A DNA stretch of 64,000 nt from Patescibacteria group bacterium (GCA_018895015.1 JAHIOX010000003.1:962-64961); one strand, 5' to 3'; shown: positions 19,476 through 30,290, numbered from the stretch's first letter. A program made the numbers and translations. The notes: generated by a model not told the origin, from the letters alone.

Positions 19476-20144
19476 TTAATGCTGTTTAATCAGCTCTGCG
19501 ATTTCGGACATTACTTTTTCCGCGCCCTCCTCCAAACTTATTTCTCCGAGCGAATAAATCGGCTTGCCGATTTTTACTTTCACTTTGTTTTTTCGCAAAA
19601 GAGTTTTTGTGGAAAGTATGCCAAAATTTCCGATAATTCCAACCGGAACGATCGACGCTTTTGTCTGCTGATGCAAAAATGCCACTCCTCTTTTTCCTTG
19701 GCGAAGCTTGCCGTCTTTTGTCATCCCGCCCTCCGGATAAATCCAAACATGCGCTCTATTATTCAATGCCTTTATTGTTTCTCCCAAGGCCTTTAACAAA
19801 TCGCCGTCCGCTTTATCTACAGGAATGGAGCCGTTTATGCGCACATATGTCGTCATTAATATTGAGAATGGAAATGAAAAACGATTCTTCCAATTAAAAA
19901 ACTCTCTTAACACCAAAAACCTTATTGGAAAAAATTCATGTGGATAAAAACTTTTCCTTGGCATTGCCGCGGCGCTAATCGGTCCGTCTATATAGCTCGC
20001 GTGATTTGACGCGAAAATAATAGATTTGTTTTCTAATCCGCGCAAATTTTCCTGGCCCTCAATTTCATAATGAACAAAAAACTTTAAAAATAAGTAAATT
20101 GGCCAATAAGTTATTGCCTGAAAAATTTTAGCAATTGATGCCAT
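19476..20144 (-). CDS. Lysophospholipid acyltransferase (PlsC family)
   Basis: NHASYID (HxxxxD), YPEG, IVPVGI. Confidence 0.9.
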   Translation of the reverse strand: MASIAKIFQAITYWPIYLFLKFFVHYEIEGQENLRGLENKSIIFASNHASYIDGPISAAAMPRKSFYPHEFFPIRFLVLREFFNWKNRFSFPFSILMTTYVRINGSIPVDKADGDLLKALGETIKALNNRAHVWIYPEGGMTKDGKLRQGKRGVAFLHQQTKASIVPVGIIGNFGILSTKTLLRKNKVKVKIGKPIYSLGEISLEEGAEKVMSEIAELIKQH

Positions 20145-20164
20145 ATGCTTATTATAATTTTACT

Positions 20165-20386
20165 TTATTCATTAATTTGAATTGTTTTATGCCTGGAAGT
20201 ATGGCCGGAAATTATTTTAACGCCTGAAACCGGCGTATTGAAATAATCCGCGAGAACGCGAATAACAGCTTGATTTGCCATTCCTCTTATTGGCGGCTCT
20301 TTAACCCAAACCTCAAAATCAGATTCGCCGATTTTTTCAATTTTTTCTTCCTTAGCCCCGGGCTTTACTTTTACAAAAATTTTCAT
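20165..20386 (-). CDS. DUF167/YggU family protein
   Basis: VKVKPGAK, EPPIRGMAN, SGHTSRHK. Confidence 0.9.
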   Translation of the reverse strand: MKIFVKVKPGAKEEKIEKIGESDFEVWVKEPPIRGMANQAVIRVLADYFNTPVSGVKIISGHTSRHKTIQINE

Positions 20387-20415
20387 AAATTCATTTTACC
20401 ATATTATTTCCCAAG

Positions 20416-20448
20416 CAAAAAATCGGAAACTTGTTTTCCGATTTTTTG
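20416..20448. terminator. Hairpin/terminator
   Basis: CAAAAAATCGGAAA-cttgt-TTTCCGATTTTTTG downstream of the caspase-like gene. Confidence 0.6.
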
Positions 20449-20467
20449 AGCGCAATCCTATTGATTT

Positions 20468-21478
20468 TTACAATAATAGGTCGTTCGCGAAAAGGTCGCT
20501 TATTACAGGAGTTTGCCTGATGCTTTTTTGTTTAGCGTAATCAAACGCCTCTTCAATAACCACGTCTCTGCCTTCCATTAAAATCAAATCTTTGTCGTGG
20601 TCATATTTATCCGCAAACCCTCTCAACATTCCCATGTCAACGAAATAATAACTGAACTGCCCGTTTTGCATTGACGCGTATTCATACGCCGTACCGGTTT
20701 CAGTAGTCGCCATATTTATTATTCTTCCAGTCACCATCAAATCGGTCATTCCTCCGGCAAGGCAAGAATCAAAAATAAAAACTATTCTTGAAGTTTTGAA
20801 TTCCGCGAAAGCGTCTCTTAATTCTCCGTCCCAAATCGAAACCAGATTAGTTCCGTCATGAGCCACAATTGATTCGTCTAAAAATTCCGTATCGCCATCT
20901 GCGGCATTGCCGCTCATTCCATGCCCGCTGAAAAAGAATACCACTTCATCATCAGGCCCTGCCACACCTTCAATTTCCTGAATAGCGCCAATGATATTCG
21001 CCCGCGTGGCGTTCACGGCCCCTTTCCCTTCCTCGTCAATAAAAGGATAGATATTGTCTGAATCAAATCCGTAAAGAGTCTTGAGCGCAGTAATCATATC
21101 TCTGGCGTCATCGTCTGCGTAATTAAGATCGTATGCCGTTCCAGGATAATCGGAAATCCCGACAATAATTGCGTAACGATTCCCGACGGAAGGTTCTCCT
21201 AAAATTCCTGTTGTTGCGAACCGGCCCGGCCGCGCGAGCTTAATTTTTTCTGCCGCGTTAAACTTCTTCGCGTCATTTATATCGTCTGATTTGCCAACAG
21301 TGGCTTTTTTGAATAATTTAATATTCTCGGCATGGACCGGCTTGTATCTGTCCGGCTTTGCCGGGCGCTCAAACGACGGCGCCGCAGGAAAAGCCGACGC
21401 TGTTCCTAAAAAAGCCAGATTCACGCCAAACGCCATTGCCGCAACCAATAAAACATTCAGTTTATTTTTTGTTGTCAT
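20468..21478 (-). CDS. Secreted caspase-family (C14) peptidase
   Basis: Signal peptide, AIIVGISDY, FFFSGHG, IFDSC, GQFS. Confidence 0.85.
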   Translation of the reverse strand: MTTKNKLNVLLVAAMAFGVNLAFLGTASAFPAAPSFERPAKPDRYKPVHAENIKLFKKATVGKSDDINDAKKFNAAEKIKLARPGRFATTGILGEPSVGNRYAIIVGISDYPGTAYDLNYADDDARDMITALKTLYGFDSDNIYPFIDEEGKGAVNATRANIIGAIQEIEGVAGPDDEVVFFFSGHGMSGNAADGDTEFLDESIVAHDGTNLVSIWDGELRDAFAEFKTSRIVFIFDSCLAGGMTDLMVTGRIINMATTETGTAYEYASMQNGQFSYYFVDMGMLRGFADKYDHDKDLILMEGRDVVIEEAFDYAKQKSIRQTPVISDLFANDLLL

Positions 21479-21531
21479 ATTTTTTGTTTAATTTATTTTT
21501 TTGATAATTTTAATCGACCTCTAATTAAATT

Positions 21532-22032
21532 TTATCTCCTTGCTAAAAATAAGGCAATGAACGGAATTATCAGCCACCAGAAAAAAGCCGCGTTTGACGC
21601 GAATAAATTTTGTATCAGTGGCGAGAAAGTAAAAATTTCGCGCGCCGGAAAAAAATGAAAAATATAGCTAAGTAAAAGCCCGGCGCACGCGAAGCTTAGC
21701 AATAAAGATTTCCACCAATTTTTTCTTGCAGAACTATAGTCGCCTGACAATGATTTTGAAAAAAGAAATGTTAAAATAGCGGCAAGAACGACAAAGACAG
21801 CCGCTTTGATTAAAAATTCTTCAAACACGCCCCTTCCGCCTGCCAGCTTATTGAGGTAATAAAAATTTTCAAAAAGAAAACCTGAAACATAAAGAGAAAA
21901 TAAAAGAGAAACCAATTTTGACTTGCCTGCGAAAATTCCGTAAAAAAAACCCAGTGCGATAAAGACAAAAACAACTATAATGTCCCATGAAGGATTGCGC
22001 AACAGCGCGCTGATTTGATTAAAGTCCTTCAT
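21532..22032 (-). CDS. Membrane protein
   Basis: About 5 TM segments; overlaps the dnaJ stop. Confidence 0.7.
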   Translation of the reverse strand: MKDFNQISALLRNPSWDIIVVFVFIALGFFYGIFAGKSKLVSLLFSLYVSGFLFENFYYLNKLAGGRGVFEEFLIKAAVFVVLAAILTFLFSKSLSGDYSSARKNWWKSLLLSFACAGLLLSYIFHFFPAREIFTFSPLIQNLFASNAAFFWWLIIPFIALFLARR

Positions 22033-23125
22033 TTTTTAATTGCTCTATTAATTCTTTCGCCTTTTTGGATATTTTTTTAGGCGTTCTGACAAAAAGTTTT
22101 ATGATTAAATCCCCCCTCGTTGATTTCTGGTAAAAAGGCACCCCTTTCCCGCGGATTCTTAAAATTTCTCCGGGGTCAACGCCGGCGGGAATTTTAATTT
22201 TTATTACGCCGTCCAATGTTTTAATTTCTCTTTCGCACCCAAGAGCGGCCTCTGACATTTTTATATCCAAATCCATTATTAGATTTTCTCCTTCTCTTCG
22301 AAAAACAGAATGTTTTGCAACATGAATTTTAACATATAAATCACCGGCGATTCCGCTCGCGAGCGCTTCGCCCATGCCGATAATCTTAATCATTTCTCCG
22401 TTTTGAATTCCCGACGGTATTTTAACGATGACTTCCTCATTTTTCATCAGCACGCCGTCGCCTTTGCATGAAGAGCATTTTTTTTCAGGTATACTGCCTT
22501 TGCCGGAACATTTGCCGCATTCTTTATAGGTTGTGAAAACTCCGAAAAACGATTTTCTTGTTTCGTGGATTTTGCCGGCGCCTTGGCAGGCGGAGCATTT
22601 TTGCGTCGCGGAGCCGGGCTCCGCTCCAGATCCTTTGCATTTTTCGCACAAAGATGATTTTGTCAGAAGAACCCGGCGCTCCGCGCCGAAGATCGCTTCT
22701 TCAAAAGAAAGTTCTATGTCAATGGAAATATCACGTCCTCTTTTTGTTCGCGCTCCGCGTTGAGATTGTCCGCTAAAAAAGTTTTCAAAAATATCGTTAA
22801 TATCCCAGCCCGAGGCTGGTCCGCCTTGGGCGGAAAAATCGGCATTGCCCCAGCCAGAGGCGGAAAAACCGGAATTGCCAAAATCCCAGCCTGGCGTTGG
22901 CCCGCCGCCTCCCCCCCCTCCAAAAACTCTTCCATAAGCGTCGTATTCAGCCCTTCTTTTTTCGTCGGAAAGCACTTGATACGCTTCGCTTATTTCCTTA
23001 AATTTCTTGTCATCGCCCTTGGATTTATCCGGATGATATTTATGCGCGAGCTTGCGAAAAGCTTTTTTTATGTCTTCTTTTGTGGCGTTGCGCGCAATCC
23101 CTAAAATTTCATAATAATCATTCAT
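22019..23125 (-). CDS. dnaJ: Chaperone DnaJ
   Basis: HPD motif, G/F region, four CxxCxGxG. Confidence 0.97.
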   Translation of the reverse strand: MNDYYEILGIARNATKEDIKKAFRKLAHKYHPDKSKGDDKKFKEISEAYQVLSDEKRRAEYDAYGRVFGGGGGGGPTPGWDFGNSGFSASGWGNADFSAQGGPASGWDINDIFENFFSGQSQRGARTKRGRDISIDIELSFEEAIFGAERRVLLTKSSLCEKCKGSGAEPGSATQKCSACQGAGKIHETRKSFFGVFTTYKECGKCSGKGSIPEKKCSSCKGDGVLMKNEEVIVKIPSGIQNGEMIKIIGMGEALASGIAGDLYVKIHVAKHSVFRREGENLIMDLDIKMSEAALGCEREIKTLDGVIKIKIPAGVDPGEILRIRGKGVPFYQKSTRGDLIIKLFVRTPKKISKKAKELIEQLKNEGL

Positions 23126-23148
23126 AGTATTTCTTTTTTTATTTTATA

Positions 23149-24237
23149 TCATTTTACTATAACTTCATAGACTTTCTTTTCTCCAGTCGGCAATTCATAT
23201 TCTAATTGTGTGTCAGAAAGCCACTTAGGTTTAAACCAAAAAAGCGGCTCATCCGTTGTCTCTACAAGCGTTTTTTCTTTAGTAAAAAGATTGTAAAGAT
23301 AAAGCTGGGATTTTTTTCCTTCTTTTTTGTATTGTTTTTTTAAATCTTCAGTTAATTGGTAATCTCCAGTCCAAACTTGCCCGGGTTGAACTGGAAGATA
23401 ACCGGTGTTGATATTTAAAGGAGAGCCGCCCATGGCGCCGTCCGGCGCTTTATAAATATCGGTTTTCCAGTTTTGAGTGTCTATCCTGAAATATCCGTTT
23501 ACATAAGCGCCGTCCGAAACGCTTCCCCAAAAATATTGTCCGTCTTCAGACCATTCAAGCATATCAAAAACGCCGATAAAATTTGAGTTCATTCTTTGCA
23601 ATTCTTTGGATGGCAATGTAAAAATATCCTCTTTGGTATTAAGATTTTTGATTACCAATGAATAATCGTCTTTGCCAGAGTAGCCTTTTTCAAGAACTAT
23701 GTATGATTCGGCAGGAGAGACACGGAAATCGGGAGAATAGTAAGATATAAATTCTTTTGGTTTTTCAGCAAGCAAAATTAAAGGTTCGCCTCTACCATTA
23801 TAGTTGTAAATCCATAATTCATTTTTATATCCAGGCTCTTGTTTTGTTTTCTTGGGGTCATAATTAAATGTCCTTATCACATATACGCCACATTGATGGA
23901 TTTCTACAGGATGATAATGCGAAGGACTAATTATATTATTTATTTTAAATCTTATAATTTCTTTATCGCTGGATAATTCTTTGACAACAACCTCAACAAA
24001 TCCCTTATCATATTCAACGCTGGGATATTCGCCTAAATGATTTATTTTAAACTCAGCTTGTTCATCTTCGCTTAAGCAAAAAAGGTATCCTGTTTTATTT
24101 TTTTGATTTGTAATAAACTTAGGAAGTATTATTTTCTCTTTTATAAAAGCATATATGCCGCCTCCTAATATTGTTAATATTATTATAAAAATAATTGTTA
24201 TTTTTTTTATTATCATGTTTTTTAAAAAATAAACCAC
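23149..24237 (-). CDS. Hypothetical membrane-anchored/exported protein
   Basis: N-terminal TM; beta-propeller-like motifs (FRVSP, LEWSEDG, PKWLS). Confidence 0.7.
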   Translation of the reverse strand: MVYFLKNMIIKKITIIFIIILTILGGGIYAFIKEKIILPKFITNQKNKTGYLFCLSEDEQAEFKINHLGEYPSVEYDKGFVEVVVKELSSDKEIIRFKINNIISPSHYHPVEIHQCGVYVIRTFNYDPKKTKQEPGYKNELWIYNYNGRGEPLILLAEKPKEFISYYSPDFRVSPAESYIVLEKGYSGKDDYSLVIKNLNTKEDIFTLPSKELQRMNSNFIGVFDMLEWSEDGQYFWGSVSDGAYVNGYFRIDTQNWKTDIYKAPDGAMGGSPLNINTGYLPVQPGQVWTGDYQLTEDLKKQYKKEGKKSQLYLYNLFTKEKTLVETTDEPLFWFKPKWLSDTQLEYELPTGEKKVYEVIVK

Positions 24238-26138
24238 AAAACTCCTGATTCCGTAATCAGTTTAATTATTTTAATTCCGGGGAAAATTTGCCTTTGTTCC
24301 TCTTTATTCAGAAATTTGATTTTTATTTCCGTTTCATTTTTCTTATGATTATACTTCGCCTTAACATCAAAAAGGTCTTCAACTTTTATCCTCTGATTAA
24401 GTTCTTTAACTGCTCCGTCTTTATTTAACGACCATTCATATTTAAGCTCAGTTTTAGGCAAACTGATAATCTCGCTGTTATTGTATTGAATGCCCTTTAA
24501 TTCAGCTTTGATTTCTTTGCCTTTTTGTTTTATTTCGTCAAAATAAAACTTTGTTATGTTCTCTGCCTCGTCTTGAATTTTATAAATTGTTTGTTTGTCT
24601 CCATCCTCAATAACAGAAACAATCGGATTTACTGTGGTATTATCTATGCCCTTAACCTCTAATTTTTGAGTGCTTGGATTAAAGTAAATTTTTGCTTCCG
24701 GAGGAATTTCGTCTATTAACTCAACAATATTACTTGCCGAATTCGAGGAATTAAAAGAAAGATTATAATTGGCTGTATAGCCAACGGCAATTTCTGATTG
24801 AAATGATTTATTATTTACATTGCCTTGAGTGTCGTAAAAATTGGCGTCAAGCGAATAATCACCTTCTCCCGTGCCGATTACTTCTAATTTGTATTCTCCG
24901 TCTTGCGGTTCCAATATTTGGATAAATTTATTTCTTTCTTGAGCTGGCGGATTTTCTCCTGTCGGGTCGTCAAAGCCGTCTTCAAAATACCAAGCATTTG
25001 GTATTTCACTATATTCAATGCCATTTACGTCTTTCCCGAGTTTTCTACCTAACGGGTCTGTGATCAAAAGTTCCGCTGGCGAACCCAAAACAATAGTCAT
25101 GGCGCTTTGAGCGATACCGTTTCCTTTTTTGTAGATTCTTAATCCGTCAAATCCATTTTCGTATCCTCTAATATGATTATTGATGTCTGTTGTTTCATCA
25201 AGCGTTTTAGTGTTATACCAAGCCGGGTCTTTTACACCGTAAGTTGAGGCGAGTTTATTGTCAATAACGAAAAAATGCTGGCGGTTAATGCCGCCCCTGC
25301 CAGCATTTGCTTTTGCGATTACGGGGTTGTTTTGATTAAGGTATTGATCTAATAACGTATAATTATCAGTGTTTTTATCGGTTTTCGCGTATGCGATTCT
25401 CCAATCAGCATATCGCGCTCCGGCTATCCAGTTTACATTGCCGTTAATATATCCTCCGGGTTCGTTTTTGAGCCAATTATTTATTTCAAACGGATTAACG
25501 TCTTGTCCTTGAGCTTCGGTAATATCATAATATCTGGCAACCATTACGATTGAGGTGATAGCGCAGCCACATTGACGAATGTAATAACCGCATTCTGATT
25601 GCCCATCAACATATTTCTCGTTAGTCCATTTTAATGTCTCTTCCTCCGATGGGTAATCCGATATTACCTGCGTGTACAGCGGAACTCCTATTGATTCCAC
25701 CACATCAAACTCAATAATTCCCCAGTGTTCAGGGGAATTGCCGGTACCGGTTTCAAACCAGTTTACTATTTGAGAAATATCAGTATTGGGGCCAACTTCA
25801 TGTATGACAACAAAATAATGGCCGTAAGCCGGCCAAAAATCATTTTGGCCGGAAATACTTCCGCCATAGCCCAAATAATGACCAGCGATATTAACAGAAT
25901 TATGCGGAGCGCCTCTGTATATTTCGCCATAAGCATTTCCGCCCGGCCATTGATAAGAACCACCGCCGGCAGTATTTAATGGAAAAACATATTGGCCGCC
26001 ATTATTAACAGTTGTTCCGTCCCAGCTGAAGCTGATATTCCAATCGGGAGTGACGCCTGCAAAAACATACTTATTTGGCGCAAAGAGATAAAAAAAAATA
26101 ACAAGAAATGAGAAAATAATTAATTTATTTATTTTCAT
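24222..26138 (-). CDS. Secreted protein with C39-like cysteine peptidase domain
   Basis: Signal peptide, LYTQ..CGCAITS, QHFFVI, VKDP. Confidence 0.78.
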   Translation of the reverse strand: MKINKLIIFSFLVIFFYLFAPNKYVFAGVTPDWNISFSWDGTTVNNGGQYVFPLNTAGGGSYQWPGGNAYGEIYRGAPHNSVNIAGHYLGYGGSISGQNDFWPAYGHYFVVIHEVGPNTDISQIVNWFETGTGNSPEHWGIIEFDVVESIGVPLYTQVISDYPSEEETLKWTNEKYVDGQSECGYYIRQCGCAITSIVMVARYYDITEAQGQDVNPFEINNWLKNEPGGYINGNVNWIAGARYADWRIAYAKTDKNTDNYTLLDQYLNQNNPVIAKANAGRGGINRQHFFVIDNKLASTYGVKDPAWYNTKTLDETTDINNHIRGYENGFDGLRIYKKGNGIAQSAMTIVLGSPAELLITDPLGRKLGKDVNGIEYSEIPNAWYFEDGFDDPTGENPPAQERNKFIQILEPQDGEYKLEVIGTGEGDYSLDANFYDTQGNVNNKSFQSEIAVGYTANYNLSFNSSNSASNIVELIDEIPPEAKIYFNPSTQKLEVKGIDNTTVNPIVSVIEDGDKQTIYKIQDEAENITKFYFDEIKQKGKEIKAELKGIQYNNSEIISLPKTELKYEWSLNKDGAVKELNQRIKVEDLFDVKAKYNHKKNETEIKIKFLNKEEQRQIFPGIKIIKLITESGVLWFIF

Positions 26139-26143
26139 TTTAT

Positions 26144-28033
26144 TTATTCATTTTTTTCTTCAAACTCTGTGTCGCGCGGCTGATTTTGCGCGTCGTCTTT
26201 TTTCCCCTGCGGCTCTTGTTGCGCGCCAGCCGCGTTTTTATACATTAATTCTCCTATTTGCTGAAGCGTTTTTGACAAATCTTCCGAAGCTTTTTTAATT
26301 TCAGAAATGTCATTTCCATCTTTTATTTTTTTTAAGGCCTCTATTTTTTCTTCAACATTTTTTTTAATGTCTGCCGGCGCTTTGTCGCCCGCATCTCTTA
26401 AAGATTTTTCCGCCGCGTAAATAAGAGTGTCAGCGACGTTTCTGGTTTCTGTTACTTCTCTCTTTTTTATGTCTTCATCCGCGTGCGCCTCGGCATCTCT
26501 TTTCATTTTTTCAATTTCATCCGAAGATAACCCGGAAGAAGCCTCAATTCGTATTGACTGCTCCTTATTCGTGGCTTTGTCTTTTGCTTTTACGTTTAGA
26601 ATGCCGTTCACATCAATGTCAAAAATAACCTCTATTTGCGGAATGCCTCTTGGCGATGGCGGGATTCCGTCAAGAATAAATCTGCCCAAAGTTTTATTGT
26701 CGGCGGCCATTTCTCTTTCGCCTTGCAATATATGAATTTCTACCGACGTTTGGTTATCGGCGGCTGTTGAAAATACTTGGCTTTTGCCTGTCGGTATTGT
26801 TGTGTTTTTGCTGATAATTTTTGTGCAAATTCCGCCCATTGTTTCAATCCCGAGCGATAACGGTATTACGTCAAGCAAAAGAACATCTTTAATTTCCCCT
26901 GCCATTATTCCGCCTTGCACTGCCGCGCCAATGGCGACAACTTCGTCCGGATTTATGGATTTATTCGGCTCTTTGCCAAACAAATCCTTAACGGCTTTTT
27001 GAATAGCCGGCATTCTTGTCTGTCCGCCGACTAAAATAACTTCGTCAATATCTTCTATTTTAAATCCGGATTCGCCTATCGCGCGCTTGGTTATTTCTAT
27101 TGATTTTTTTACGCATTCGTCAACCAATTCTTCCAATCTGGCCCTTGTCAATTTAAGCAAAAGATGCCTTGGCCCGGTGGCGTCTGATGTTATAAAAGGA
27201 ATATTAATTTCTGTTTCAAGCGTGCTTGAAAGCTCGTGCTTCGCTTTTTCAGCGGCGTCTTTCAGCCTTTGCAGAGCCAAAAAATCTTTGGAGATGTCGA
27301 CTCCGCTTTCTTTTTTGAATTCTGACGCAATCCAGCTTATAATTCTTTGGTCAAAATCATCGCCTCCGAGATTGGTGTTGCCATCAGTGGATTTTACTTC
27401 AATAACATCGTCTCCAACCTCAAGAACCGACACATCAAAAGTGCCTCCGCCAAAATCATAAACCACAATTTGTTCGTTTTTTCTTTTGTTAAATCCGTAG
27501 GCCAGCGCGGCCGCGGTTGGCTCGTTGATAATTCTGCGTACTTTAAATCCGGCAATTTCACCAGCGTCTTTTGTCGCTTTTCTTTGGCTGTCGTTAAAAT
27601 ACGCCGGAACAGTGATAATCGCTTCCTCTATTTTTTCGCCTATTTTTGACTCGGCGTCGTGTTTTAATTTTTGAAGAATCATCGCGGAGATTTCTTCCGG
27701 CCTGTAGCTTTTGCCTCCCATTTTAATTTTTACTCCTCCCTCGGCCGATTTTTCTATGCCGTAAGAAAGCAATTCTTTGTCTCGCTTTACTTCTTCGTCT
27801 TCAAAATTGCGGCCGATTAATCTTTTTACGGAAAAAATTGTGTTTTCAGGGTTAGTAACAGCCTGCCTTTTTGCCAAAAGGCCGCTTATTCTTTCGCCTT
27901 GTTTTGAAACGGCAATTATGGAAGGAGTGGTTCTTGTTCCTTCTTCGTTTTCTATTATCTTCGGCTCGCCTCCCTTAATAATCGCCATTGCCGAATTAGT
28001 TGTTCCTAAATCAATTCCTAATATTTTTGTCAT
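26144..28033 (-). CDS. dnaK: Chaperone DnaK
   Basis: [27 protein letters not shown]. Confidence 0.98.
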   Translation of the reverse strand: MTKILGIDLGTTNSAMAIIKGGEPKIIENEEGTRTTPSIIAVSKQGERISGLLAKRQAVTNPENTIFSVKRLIGRNFEDEEVKRDKELLSYGIEKSAEGGVKIKMGGKSYRPEEISAMILQKLKHDAESKIGEKIEEAIITVPAYFNDSQRKATKDAGEIAGFKVRRIINEPTAAALAYGFNKRKNEQIVVYDFGGGTFDVSVLEVGDDVIEVKSTDGNTNLGGDDFDQRIISWIASEFKKESGVDISKDFLALQRLKDAAEKAKHELSSTLETEINIPFITSDATGPRHLLLKLTRARLEELVDECVKKSIEITKRAIGESGFKIEDIDEVILVGGQTRMPAIQKAVKDLFGKEPNKSINPDEVVAIGAAVQGGIMAGEIKDVLLLDVIPLSLGIETMGGICTKIISKNTTIPTGKSQVFSTAADNQTSVEIHILQGEREMAADNKTLGRFILDGIPPSPRGIPQIEVIFDIDVNGILNVKAKDKATNKEQSIRIEASSGLSSDEIEKMKRDAEAHADEDIKKREVTETRNVADTLIYAAEKSLRDAGDKAPADIKKNVEEKIEALKKIKDGNDISEIKKASEDLSKTLQQIGELMYKNAAGAQQEPQGKKDDAQNQPRDTEFEEKNE

Positions 28034-28067
28034 ATTGTTTAATTTAATTTTAATTACTTATTGCCCG

Positions 28068-28616
28068 TTACTCGTTACGCATTACTGCTTTTCCGACTTT
28101 TACTTGCGCCGGCCTCAAAATTTTTTTATGCATTACATAGCCCTTTTGCGTTTCTTCAATTATGATACCATCTTTTTCTGGCTTATCAACTTCAATTTCT
28201 TCAACAGATTCATGTTCTTCCGGATTAAATGGCTCGCCTCGGGTTTTAATCTGTTCAACCCCGCGGGTTTGTAAAATATTCATAATTTGGCTGTAAATAT
28301 TTTTAATTCCGGATTGCCAATTTTTATCTAATTTTTGCCATTCGTCCGCGTTGCCTAACAGCCTGTCAAAACTGTCAATAAAAACAAGCATTTCTTTTAT
28401 CAGATTTTTTTCCGCGAACCTTAAAAAAACTTTTCGATTTTCCTCTTCTTCTCTTCTGGCATTGACAAAATCCGCCCGCGTTCTCTGCCAACCGGATAAA
28501 TATTCAGCTTTTTCTTCCTCGCATTTTTTGAGTTTTTCGCGCAGTTTTTTGACGAGTTCTTGAGGGCCTGTATTTTCTTCTTCAATAACAATATCTTCTT
28601 CATTTCCCATTTCCAT
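28068..28616 (-). CDS. grpE: Nucleotide exchange factor GrpE
   Basis: RADFVNARR, FNPEEHE, QKGY..LRPAQV. Confidence 0.96.
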   Translation of the reverse strand: MEMGNEEDIVIEEENTGPQELVKKLREKLKKCEEEKAEYLSGWQRTRADFVNARREEEENRKVFLRFAEKNLIKEMLVFIDSFDRLLGNADEWQKLDKNWQSGIKNIYSQIMNILQTRGVEQIKTRGEPFNPEEHESVEEIEVDKPEKDGIIIEETQKGYVMHKKILRPAQVKVGKAVMRNE

Positions 28617-28673
28617 TATTTATAATTATAACAACTTTAAAAATTATTGCAAGAGTTTTTTTGTAAAATAAAT

Positions 28674-28701
28674 GCCCCCTTACGTCACAACGTAAGGGGG
28701 C
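28674..28701 (-). terminator. Intrinsic terminator
   Basis: CCCCCTTACG-6nt-CGTAAGGGGG, with a T-rich tail on the minus strand. Confidence 0.7.
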
Positions 28702-28728
28702 GAAAGCAAGGATTTTTCCCGCGCTATT

Positions 28729-28871
28729 CTGACTTAACCGTTTCAAAAAGTTAGCCTATTGGTTCTACCCAATAGCTGGAAACTAGCTAGAAACGGTTCG
28801 GTCAGGTAACGCCCTATCTCTTTCTTGCTTTTTCCCCACCTTGCCGAAAAAGGGGAACAAAAGCAGATAGG
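28729..28871 (-). ncRNA. Candidate structured RNA (two long hairpins)
   Basis: Nested pairings 28729-28805 and 28813-28871; family unknown; strand inferred from the terminator. Confidence 0.35.
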
Positions 28872-28921
28872 AAGGGACTTTTTTTAATTCTAAAATAAGT
28901 CTAGCATATTCATCGGAAATG

Positions 28922-29122
28922 TCAAGTTCTTTTTACTGGATGGTAAAATATAGCCACCGTGCAGTTGAGAAAATCCCTCCCTGCTATGTTGGTCCCGAAA
29001 ACATTACTGACGTGACGGCTAACGATTACTACTGGGTTTTTCTCGAGCCACTTGTTTATCTCTTCCTCTAATTCATCGAATTCGTTTGCTACGCACCGTG
29101 TGAAGATTTTGACCTTTTCCAT
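28922..29122 (-). CDS. Hypothetical 66-aa protein
   Basis: GGAGG SD; ELEEEINKWLEKN. Confidence 0.7.
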   Translation of the reverse strand: MEKVKIFTRCVANEFDELEEEINKWLEKNPVVIVSRHVSNVFGTNIAGRDFLNCTVAIFYHPVKRT

Positions 29123-29261
29123 TGCTTTTTCCTCCGGTTTTTTTATTTTATTTTTTCAAAGTTCCACTTCCCTTAAATTAATCTGGTGTCAGACAAACTT
29201 AAGGGAAATGAGAAGCATTTTGTTATTAGGTAGCTTCTCTTTAACCTTTACGATATCTATT

Positions 29262-29579
29262 TTATTCGCCTCCTTTCTTTTGCAGCCACTCGTCTACAAG
29301 TTTTTTGTCCCCTCTTTCCAATATCAGCTCCGGTTTGTCGTGAGCATATTTATGCACTAACGAGATATAATCCGGTTTATATTTGCTGATTATGGAAGCG
29401 ACGACCTTTCTTGCCTTTCGGCGGCTACAATCCTTGATTACTCTTGTATATCTTTTTAGCTCCGAGCCGCGTTTTGCAAATGACAGTATAAACGCGAAAT
29501 CAAAGCACTCCTTGCGCTGCGATTCCGGTTTGGCAATGCCAGGGTTCGCAGCCACACGTTTACCAAGGATCTTATACAT
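29262..29579 (-). CDS. Hypothetical protein
   Basis: AAGGAG SD; TTGACA..TAAACT promoter at about 29626-29654. Confidence 0.6.
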   Translation of the reverse strand: MYKILGKRVAANPGIAKPESQRKECFDFAFILSFAKRGSELKRYTRVIKDCSRRKARKVVASIISKYKPDYISLVHKYAHDKPELILERGDKKLVDEWLQKKGGE

Positions 29580-29740
29580 TCCATTCTCCTTTTCAGGTTC
29601 GATTTGTATTTTTTAATTCTGACATAAGTTTAGCACACCCGCTGAAAATGTCAATAGCGCGATTTACGCGCTTGCAATTCAATCAAAAAAAAGTATAATG
29701 GCCAAAGAAAGCGTTAAAAAATGCGATGGGAGGGTTAATT

Positions 29741-29932
29741 ATGGCAAGCGATGTCTTTATTTCAGATGACCCGGTTATCTCCGGCAAATTAACAAAACTT
29801 GGGTATTCGTTTTCCACGGCTGTCGCCCATGGCAATAGAGATCTTGCTAATGCCATTCTAGTAGAGGCCGAAAAAATCAAAAGAAAATACAGGATAGAAA
29901 AATCTAAGTTAAAATTAGTAAAAAAACCATAA
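29741..29932 (+). CDS. Hypothetical basic 63-aa protein
   Basis: GGAGG SD; TTGCAA..TATAAT upstream. Confidence 0.6.
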   Translation: MASDVFISDDPVISGKLTKLGYSFSTAVAHGNRDLANAILVEAEKIKRKYRIEKSKLKLVKKP

Positions 29933-29946
29933 AGGAGGTGAAGGCC

Positions 29947-30030
29947 ATGCTTAAATTTCCCGCAAGGAAAAACAGGTTGCGACTCATTGGCACAACGGCA
30001 ATGAATTGCGGCAGCGACTCTGGTTGCTGA
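29947..30030 (+). CDS. 27-aa peptide MLKFPARKNRLRLIGTTAMNCGSDSGC (not in ORF track)
   Basis: AAAGGAGGTGA SD; hairpin at 30035-30074 follows. Confidence 0.5.
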   Translation: MLKFPARKNRLRLIGTTAMNCGSDSGC

Positions 30031-30098
30031 CTTTGGCCCGGTGGAGGATCTTTCTAATGATTCTCCACCGGGTCTTATTTATTTTTATTTGTCAGCAT

Positions 30099-30137
30099 GT
30101 CAACCTGCCACGTCGACATGCCACGTTGACATGGCAT
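30099..30137. repeat. 13-bp tandem triplet (intergenic relative of the mnmA insert)
   Basis: GTCAACCTGCCAC GTCGACATGCCAC GTTGACATGGCAT. Confidence 0.75.
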
Positions 30138-30145
30138 GCCAATCC

Positions 30146-30190
30146 AAAATGGTCGCGATTTTCAGCGATCGCACGATTTCGTGGCCTTTT
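30146..30190 (+). repeat. GCGATCGC-core dyad site F
   Basis: GGTCGCGAttttca-GCGATCGC-acgattTCGTGGCC, 14+8+14. Confidence 0.8.
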
Positions 30191-30290
30191 TTAAATTTAT
30201 CAAAATAAAAAAACCCGCTGGCTGGCTGAATAAATCAGTTAACCCGCGGGCTTAAATTCACCTCCTTTTATTTTTTTGTCTCTTTGGTGA

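Noticed and set aside
20416-20448. Fifth copy of the AAGT-loop element (GGAAA-N5-TTTCC)
   Set aside because: Only one arm-like unit, flanked by A/T tracts; a terminator explains it, though a relationship is not excluded.
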